From Ostreococcus tauri (lineage: Eukaryota): 16,437 nucleotides of DNA. The notes beneath the pieces are model-generated. The model did not search any database and was not told where the DNA came from. It worked only from the letters and a program-made list of their open reading frames with translations. The first letter of the stretch is position 1. Each line of letters opens with the position of its first letter. The stretch covers positions 513,303 to 529,739 of the forward strand of contig CAID01000010.2 in assembly GCA_000214015.2 (NCBI GenBank). Direction: 5' to 3'. The translations under genes were made by a program, and so were the position numbers. Below, piece after piece: positions 6,849-12,779 of the stretch.

Positions 6849-7616
6849 ATGTCTCAGCAACAACCACCTCAATCGCAATCCCAACACGACGACCCGGACT
6901 CGCAACCGATGGACTCACAGCCGACGAGCGTGGCCATGCCAGCCGCGCCGAGTTGGTTGGGCGGCGCCGCGGGCGTGGGATTCCTGGTGACGCGCATCGG
7001 CTCCTCTGACGCTAAGGTCGCCGCCGCGGACGCCGCCAAGTTACTGCTCGCGGCGAAAGACCCGTGGCTGAAGTACTCAAAGGAGAAGAACGCGTACGAG
7101 GACGTCGTGGCGGTGGAGATTCCGGACGCGGATAACTGCGCGCTCGTCTCGTTGACGCCGGCGCGGCACGAAACCGACGTGAGCCGATTGGGTACGTGGA
7201 TCATGGAACAACTCTCATCTGGGGCGGATTGGACGAAGGCGGAAGGTGTTCGACCGACGCACGTATCACGAATGATTCCCGTCGAAGGGACGTGCGATGA
7301 GCTGGACTTGATCTCGTTGGCGGCGAACGTGGTGCCCAAACATTTGGAGACGATTCGACGCGAAGGATTACGAAGCGCCACGTACGAGGTGATTTACGAA
7401 GAGCACAAGCCATCGTTACATTTGCTCCCATCCGTGGTGAACGCTGCGATCGGCGAGTGCCTTCCGGACGGCTACGTGGTCGATCTCAAGTCACCGAGTC
7501 ACTCGGTCTTGTGTCTCGTGCAAGGAAACACGTGCTTTCTCTCCGTCGTTCACAATTACCGAGACATCGCGAAGCACTTCGCCGTGCACAAGGCGCTTTC
7601 GGCCGCTGCTGCGTGA
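6849..7616 (+). CDS. THUMP-domain protein (THUMPD1/Tan1-like, tRNA acetylation cofactor family)
   Basis: Track ORF 6579..7616 begins at a non-ATG codon inside the RING gene. The first ATG at 6849 follows a 185-nt leader with no ATG. The layout matches the THUMPD1 family: GVGFLVTRIGSS..., VSRMIPVEGTCDA (compare Rl.Pv...C.a), ATYEVIYEEHKPSLHLLPSVVNAAIGECLPDGYVVDLKSPSHSVLCLVQGNTCFLSVVHNYRDIAKH (compare f.i....rn..l.r.evi..va..v....h.VdL.np...i.vev.k.vc.lSVv.dy..l.KyN). The stop TGA is at 7614-7616. Confidence 0.65.
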   Translation: MSQQQPPQSQSQHDDPDSQPMDSQPTSVAMPAAPSWLGGAAGVGFLVTRIGSSDAKVAAADAAKLLLAAKDPWLKYSKEKNAYEDVVAVEIPDADNCALVSLTPARHETDVSRLGTWIMEQLSSGADWTKAEGVRPTHVSRMIPVEGTCDELDLISLAANVVPKHLETIRREGLRSATYEVIYEEHKPSLHLLPSVVNAAIGECLPDGYVVDLKSPSHSVLCLVQGNTCFLSVVHNYRDIAKHFAVHKALSAAAA

Positions 7617-7802
7617 TCGTCTCCTTGTCACGCACGTCGAATTCAAGCATACGATGATACCGATACGATCCTGCGACTTTGTAAAATTCCTTCACCGCCG
7701 ACACGATCGGTGCCAAGTTTTCTCACCAGTGCGACGATAATGATAACTGTACAATTGCAACGCTCTAAGTAACACTACGAAATGTCTAATGGCTTCCTAT
7801 AC

Positions 7803-9332
7803 CTACAGCTCACTCAAATCACCCTCCGACGCGGAATCGCGCCGACTGTCCGTGCGCATCCTACGCTTCTCGTCTCGAGGACGGTTGAGATCCGGCGACA
7901 GGCGCCGGGAAAGAATCGTCAGCGAGCAGAATCCAATTCCGATCGCGATAAATGGCCAAAAGTCTCTACCGAACGTATTCGGACCCATGGAAACCATCAT
8001 GGCGATCAAAGCGCCTCCGATGAGCGGCGCTACGCCTCGCCCAAAGTTTCCAAACATGCCGCTGAACCCATTGACCGCCCCTAGAGTTTTACGCGGCGAC
8101 GCGTTGTTTAAGATGAGCGAGCTTCCACCCATGATGATGGGTCCACTCATCCCTCGCGCGATGCCGAGCACGACGATAATCATCCACGCCACTTCCTTGG
8201 ACTTTTTCAACGCCAAGTGCGCGATCGGATGCAGTGGAAACGTCACGGCGTTCACCAAGAGCGCTTTAGTCAACAGCGAAACGATGCCGTATTTGCGCGT
8301 CAAGCGGGTGAACAGGAACACTTGAAAGCTCAGGATGGCGACACCCATGAGGCTACCGAACGCGCCGATTTCGACCGAGGAGAAACTGAGTCCACCGTTG
8401 TCGTAAGACGTCGCCATCCACACCGGCGTCATCTCTGCTCCCGTCAACACGACAAAGGTACACCCGACTTGACTCACGATGGCCGCTCGGACGTTTGCGT
8501 CGCGCCACCACGGTGACTCGCCCTTCGACACCGTCGCCACGGACCCAACCTCCGACGAACCTTTCTCCGTCGTCTCGTCCGAGGATAAGAGCGCGAGCTC
8601 GGCGACGACGCCCTCTTCCACCTCGCCGTTTTCGACTTCTCGATGCTTGTCGATTTCCATCCACCCGACGAACCACATCGCCAGAGGCACCAGACACATC
8701 GCGCTCACCCACGCGTTGGCCAGGAAGAACGGACGCGCCTTCAAAAACCCCGGGCACTTTGTCGCGTCGTCCTTGTACACGGCCCAATTTTCACACGGCT
8801 CGGCGAGCGCCGCCGCCAACGCCGGGCTAAACGCGCTCGCCACCCCGTACGCCACCCCAGTCGTCGCGAACGCCCGCGCCGCGTTCGTCCCATCGCTCAC
8901 CAACGCCAGCGCCGGTTTCTGCAGCACCGCCATCCCGTCCACCGCTCCCTGCGCGAGCCGCCACGCGAACGCCCCAGCCGTGTCGCCCGCCGTCGCGAAT
9001 CCCAGCGTCGCCATCGCGTGCGCCACCGCCGTGCACGCGATCGCCCCCTCGAACGACCACGCGTCGCCCAGGCGTCCCCAGGGATACGCACTGAGCGCGC
9101 TCGCCATCGGTTTCGCCGCCGCGAGCGCGCCCGCGCGGAACGCCAGTTCGGATTCGGACGCCTTTTCGTCGAACCGCCGCGCCATGAAGAACCCGATCGC
9201 GTACACCGCCGTCGTCGACGCGATCGAGCACATCGCGAAGCACTGCGCGGTGACGATCGTTCGCCAATCCAACGGCGTCTCCGTCGACGACGGGAGGTCG
9301 AACACGGCGGCGAAGGAGCGCGCGCGACGCAT
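7803..9332 (-). CDS. Major facilitator superfamily transporter (6+6 TM layout with an acidic central loop; ZIF-like/tetracycline-transporter-like subfamily is a guess)
   Basis: The ORF is 509 aa, with ATG at 9330-9332 and stop TAG at 7803-7805. There are about 12 hydrophobic segments. The central hydrophilic loop is MEIDKHREVENGEVEEGVVAELALLSSDETTEKGSSEVGS. A TM2-TM3 motif-A-like WGRLGDAWSFEG lies at 9045-9080. C-terminal-half blocks such as NNASPRKTLGAVNGFSGMFGNFGRGVAPLIGG are typical of MFS TM10-11. Confidence 0.8.
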   Translation of the reverse strand: MRRARSFAAVFDLPSSTETPLDWRTIVTAQCFAMCSIASTTAVYAIGFFMARRFDEKASESELAFRAGALAAAKPMASALSAYPWGRLGDAWSFEGAIACTAVAHAMATLGFATAGDTAGAFAWRLAQGAVDGMAVLQKPALALVSDGTNAARAFATTGVAYGVASAFSPALAAALAEPCENWAVYKDDATKCPGFLKARPFFLANAWVSAMCLVPLAMWFVGWMEIDKHREVENGEVEEGVVAELALLSSDETTEKGSSEVGSVATVSKGESPWWRDANVRAAIVSQVGCTFVVLTGAEMTPVWMATSYDNGGLSFSSVEIGAFGSLMGVAILSFQVFLFTRLTRKYGIVSLLTKALLVNAVTFPLHPIAHLALKKSKEVAWMIIVVLGIARGMSGPIIMGGSSLILNNASPRKTLGAVNGFSGMFGNFGRGVAPLIGGALIAMMVSMGPNTFGRDFWPFIAIGIGFCSLTILSRRLSPDLNRPRDEKRRMRTDSRRDSASEGDLSEL

Positions 9333-9532
9333 GACGGGCGCGCGCTGACGTCACGCCCATCGATCGATGCCTTTCGATGTCTGTCGATCGACCCCTTTCG
9401 ATGCCTTTCGATGCCTTTCGATGCCTGTCGGTCGCCGTCGGTCGACGCCCGTCGAGCATCGATCGACCCCTGTCCGCGGCGCCCCGGTGACGCGGTCGTG
9501 GATCGACGTCGACGCCGACGACGGGCGCGGCG
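9333..9532. promoter_or_regulatory. Inferred bidirectional promoter between the divergent MFS (-) gene and ORF 9533 (+). It contains a TGACGTCA palindrome and a phased decamer repeat.
   Basis: This is a 200-bp spacer between two divergently oriented ATGs. The palindrome tgacgtca lies at 9346-9353, with the CRE/bZIP-type ACGT core. See the repeat feature at 9359-9482. Confidence 0.5.
9359..9482. repeat. TCGA-rich degenerate 10-bp tandem repeat (consensus about ATGCCTTTCG) with embedded palindromes and a 13-nt direct repeat
   Basis: Read directly. Units: 9367 atgcctttcg, 9377 atgtctgtcg, 9387 atcgacccctttcg (irregular, 14 nt), 9401 atgcctttcg, 9411 atgcctttcg, 9421 atgcctgtcg, 9431 gtcgccgtcg, 9441 gtcgacgccc. 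The palindrome atcgatcgat lies at 9359-9368. The 13-mer tcgatcgacccct occurs at 9384-9396 and again at 9469-9481. Confidence 0.85.
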
Positions 9533-10999
9533 ATGGAAGCGACGGGCGCGCGCGTGGGCGCGCGCGCGCGCGCGACGGGGCGACGGGGGCGACGGGCGGC
9601 GGCGGCGATGGGGACGAAAACGGTCGGCGCGATGGGGACGACGAGTCGACGACGACGGACGCGAGGGACGATGGAGACGCGCGCGAGAGAGGGAAACGCC
9701 GAGGTGGACGCGAGTGAGGGGAGCAGGGCGTCGAGCGCGGCGGCGCGGGCGCTGAGACCGAGTTTTTTGGCGGCGCGAAGAGGATCGCGGTTCGCGCATC
9801 AAGAATTCGTCCGACTGTGCGCGGACGCGGCGCGACGAGGGACGCTCACCGTCGGGGACGCGCGCGTGGAGGCGGCGCTCATGGGGTTGAGCGCGGAGGC
9901 GAGGATGGGGCAGAGTGAGCAGGATGCGTTCGCGAGCGCGGTGGCGATGGTGATATTGACGCTTCGGCGGTTCGACGACGCGTTCGACGCGAGCGCCGAG
10001 ATCGATCCCGAGGCGCGGGGGATGTTGAAATACATCGAGATGACGAATAAGAACGCGGACGAGGGGCACACGTTGCGTCGCATGGAGCTCGAGCGGAGGT
10101 TTTTAAATCCAGAGAGCGCGCGAAGGGCTCCGGCGCCGCACGAGACCATCATGCGTATGAACTGTAAGCTCACGCTCTTGACGCGCGAGATGATCGAGCA
10201 CGAGCGAGGGATCACGAGTGCGAGACGTGAGCTCGAGGCTTTGAGCGCCTCGGTGTCCACGGAGAGAACGGAGGTGATTGAGATCGAGACAAAGCAGCAG
10301 CTCGCGCTCGGGTGGTGCACTCGCGAGCGCACCCCGGCGCGCGCGCTGGCGTCGGACATGCTCGTCGCCTTCTTCAGTGTGCTCACGGGACATCCCGTTG
10401 GATATAGGGCGTTCGTTCGCGCCGCGCGCACGGCGTACGAGAGCGGGATCTCGGCCGATGAGATCACCGCCGCGCTCGACGGAGCCGAGTTGGACGTGGA
10501 GGGCACGCGTCGGGGCATGTTCGGACGCGCCTCGGACGCGCCAAAGCTCTTCGCCGGATTCGTCTCGACGGCGTACGTTGCGTTCGAGGCGCAAGGTCTG
10601 CCCCTTCCGCCAGCCGCGAATGGGGACGAGGATTTATACGCGTACGCCAACTACCCGCGGGCGATCGACGAAACCGGCGTCGAGAGAGAGGAAGAGAGTG
10701 ACGACAAGAAGCGGGCGTTTTCCCGTGGTTTACGACAGGCTGTCGAACTTTGGCTCACGATGGATCGCGAAGAACTCGCGAACCAGGTTCAGGCATCGCT
10801 GTCCATGGATGAGGGCGACGACGATGTCGCGAAGCAGCCGTTTGAAACGGGAACACCGCCGCCGCCGGGAGACGACGAGTCTTTCGGCGTCGTTCGCGAT
10901 GATTCGCTCAGTAGGTCTTCGATCACGATCGAAACGCTTCGCAATCAGAAGAACATCGTGAGTTTCGTCCGTGACGAGCTCGCGCGCGATGCGAGGTGA
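9533..10999 (+). CDS. Hypothetical protein of 488 aa if the first ATG is used. It has an Arg/Gly/Ala-rich low-complexity N-terminus, a central coiled-coil-like region and an acidic C-terminal part.
   Basis: ATG is at 9533, with several downstream in-frame ATGs (the MGTKTVGAMGTTS and MET... segments), and stop TGA at 10997-10999. From about residue 90 the composition is that of ordinary protein (LKYIEMTNKNADEGHTLRRMELERRFLNPE..., IETLRNQKNIVSFVRDELARDA). The opposite-strand and off-frame ORFs here are Ser- or Arg-rich. I recognise no family. Confidence 0.65.
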   Translation: MEATGARVGARARATGRRGRRAAAAMGTKTVGAMGTTSRRRRTRGTMETRAREGNAEVDASEGSRASSAAARALRPSFLAARRGSRFAHQEFVRLCADAARRGTLTVGDARVEAALMGLSAEARMGQSEQDAFASAVAMVILTLRRFDDAFDASAEIDPEARGMLKYIEMTNKNADEGHTLRRMELERRFLNPESARRAPAPHETIMRMNCKLTLLTREMIEHERGITSARRELEALSASVSTERTEVIEIETKQQLALGWCTRERTPARALASDMLVAFFSVLTGHPVGYRAFVRAARTAYESGISADEITAALDGAELDVEGTRRGMFGRASDAPKLFAGFVSTAYVAFEAQGLPLPPAANGDEDLYAYANYPRAIDETGVEREEESDDKKRAFSRGLRQAVELWLTMDREELANQVQASLSMDEGDDDVAKQPFETGTPPPPGDDESFGVVRDDSLSRSSITIETLRNQKNIVSFVRDELARDAR

Positions 11000-11084
11000 T
11001 CGCGCGCGCAGCGGGGATGATACGACGTCGATTTCTCCAAAGCGGCTTTGTGGAAGTGCCCTCACACCTCGTCCGCTCGCAAAA

Positions 11085-11582
11085 ATGGCCGCGACGATCC
11101 CTTTCGAGAGTCTTGGCGATTTCATCACCGCGCTCGCAAAGATGGAGCTATTACACAGCGGCATTGCTCGCATAGATCTCGAACAACAGTCGCGTCTGGA
11201 CGCGACTGCGCGCGAGAGACCAAAGCTTGAACCGGGCGACGACTTTTTCCTCTCCCCATCGAGCATTCAGTGCGTGAGCAAGCGACACAAGCGTTTCGAG
11301 CTGCTCTTTACTGGGTACGAAATTCGGGATCCACATTTCGCGGCCAAGCATGACATGGGCTTCCTCGGAACAGACATAACACTCGGATTCGACGCGTGTC
11401 GAGGTACGCAAGCCGTGAATCTATGCGAGGACGTGAAAGACGATCTAGACATCAACGACGCGCACTACGACCAGTGCGTTCGCAAAGCGTGCGAGGTCCT
11501 CGCGGAACCGTATCCGGAGAACTGGCGAGTAGATTACGAGGCGTACGTAAAAAATCACTGGTCAAACATGCCGTATCGTTGA
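11085..11582 (+). CDS. Hypothetical small protein (165 aa)
   Basis: Track ORF 10971..11582 begins at GTG inside the previous gene. The ATG at 11085 has an A-rich context (aaaaATGg) and gives MAATIPFESLGDFITALAKMELLH... An alternative ATG at 10989 would overlap the upstream stop codon. The composition is balanced, with Cys, Trp, Tyr, His and Asn present (…YEAYVKNHWSNMPYR). The stop TGA is at 11580-11582. I recognise no family. Confidence 0.55.
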   Translation: MAATIPFESLGDFITALAKMELLHSGIARIDLEQQSRLDATARERPKLEPGDDFFLSPSSIQCVSKRHKRFELLFTGYEIRDPHFAAKHDMGFLGTDITLGFDACRGTQAVNLCEDVKDDLDINDAHYDQCVRKACEVLAEPYPENWRVDYEAYVKNHWSNMPYR

Positions 11583-11760
11583 CCACGCGCGAAACTATGT
11601 TCGAGACATCGCGACCTTTAGAGCGTGTCGACCGACCAAAGTGTGAGACAACATTTGATTCTTCGACGAAATCCTCTATAACGCCATCCCGCACGCGTCG
11701 CCGACGACGCACACCGTCGCTGCTCGAAGCGACCCGCGTTTCGCGCCCTCACAGCGCGCC

Positions 11761-12684
11761 ATGCCTCGTCGACCGCTCGCGTCTCCGCGCGAGCGCGGCC
11801 GGCGTCGATCACCCGTCGCCGGATCACGCGTCATCGCGTTCGTGGCCGCCGTTGCGGTCGCCGCATTCGCCACCGCGCGCGCCGAGGGCACGGGATCGAC
11901 GTCGAGCGCAACACCCACTCAACGCGTCGCCTCCGCGGACGCCTCCACGACGCGTCTTCGCGCCGATTTCGTCACCGAAGACGTCGCTCGCGCCGTGGAT
12001 GTCATAGCGTACGAGGGTCCGGCGTACGCGGGGTGTTGTCCGAACGTGGACGGCGAACACTTGGCGTGTTGCGCCGCGGGCGGATGCTGCCCGAACACCG
12101 AGCCCGGGGGCGGATACGGGAAACACCTGGCGTGCTGTGAGAGTAAGGGCGGGAGTGAGGCGCATAATCGCGCGGCCTCGAGGGTGTGGTACTCGGGACC
12201 GTCCTACGACGGGTGCTGCCCGAACGCGGATGGAGAGAACTTGGCGTGCTGCGGCGAGAGCAAAGGGTGTTGCCCATCGGACGGGAGCGTGCGACTCGGG
12301 TGCTGTCCGAGATTAGCTACGGAGGGCGAGGCGGAGGAGACGGTGGAAGACGATGTGTCGGTGGAGGATGCGTACGATGCCGATGATTTGGAGGAGAAGC
12401 GCCAAGCGCGCGCTGAGAGGGTGTGGAGACGCGAGAGGAACTGGGACGGAGCAAGCGGCGCTTCCTCGTATGGCGAAAAAGCTGCCGATGAGCGGAACGG
12501 TGAGGAAGGCGTCGAGTCGACGATGTATTTACAGCTCGCGGCTGGATTATGCGTCGTCGTGTGGGCCGTTGCGCTCGCGGCGGGGACGTTTTACTCTCGT
12601 TCAGATGGGCGTGGCGAAGACGAAGAAGACGCGCGTCTAGTGCCCGCGGACAGGCGGCGACGACGCGCGTACGCCGGTTTCTGA
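11761..12684 (+). CDS. Predicted type-I membrane protein with a duplicated vicinal-cysteine (CC) repeat ectodomain, an acidic linker and one C-terminal TM helix
   Basis: ATG is at 11761 and stop TGA at 12682-12684. The signal-peptide-like N-terminus is ...SRVIAFVAAVAVAAFATARA|EG. The Cys-rich region spans 12016-12312: GPAYAGCCPNVDGEHLACCAAGGCCPNTEPGGGYGKHLACCESKGG...GPSYDGCCPNADGENLACCGESKGCCPSDGSVRLGCCPR. The TM helix YLQLAAGLCVVVWAVALAAGTFY is followed by a basic tail (RRRRRAYAGF). Confidence 0.7.
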   Translation: MPRRPLASPRERGRRRSPVAGSRVIAFVAAVAVAAFATARAEGTGSTSSATPTQRVASADASTTRLRADFVTEDVARAVDVIAYEGPAYAGCCPNVDGEHLACCAAGGCCPNTEPGGGYGKHLACCESKGGSEAHNRAASRVWYSGPSYDGCCPNADGENLACCGESKGCCPSDGSVRLGCCPRLATEGEAEETVEDDVSVEDAYDADDLEEKRQARAERVWRRERNWDGASGASSYGEKAADERNGEEGVESTMYLQLAAGLCVVVWAVALAAGTFYSRSDGRGEDEEDARLVPADRRRRRAYAGF

Positions 12685-12779
12685 GTTCCCTAGAATAGCT
12701 GTGTAGATTGTTGTGTGACTTAATGCTCCTTGAATTACAGGTAGGTTCTAATAGCTGCATGGCGTTCTTATCATGTTTC

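Noticed and set aside
7640-7760. Possible C/D-box snoRNA in the AT-richer spacer (atgata / aatgataa resembling a C box)
   Set aside because: There is no exact UGAUGA C box, no CUGA D box at a suitable distance, and no terminal stem on either strand.
8643-10069. Very long Arg-rich ORFs 8643..9755 (+, 370 aa) and 8897..10069 (-, 390 aa) spanning the MFS gene, the promoter and ORF 9533
   Set aside because: Their composition is dominated by R, P, G and A. They run straight through a non-coding repeat region and are off-frame or antisense to better-supported genes. They are GC-driven artefacts.
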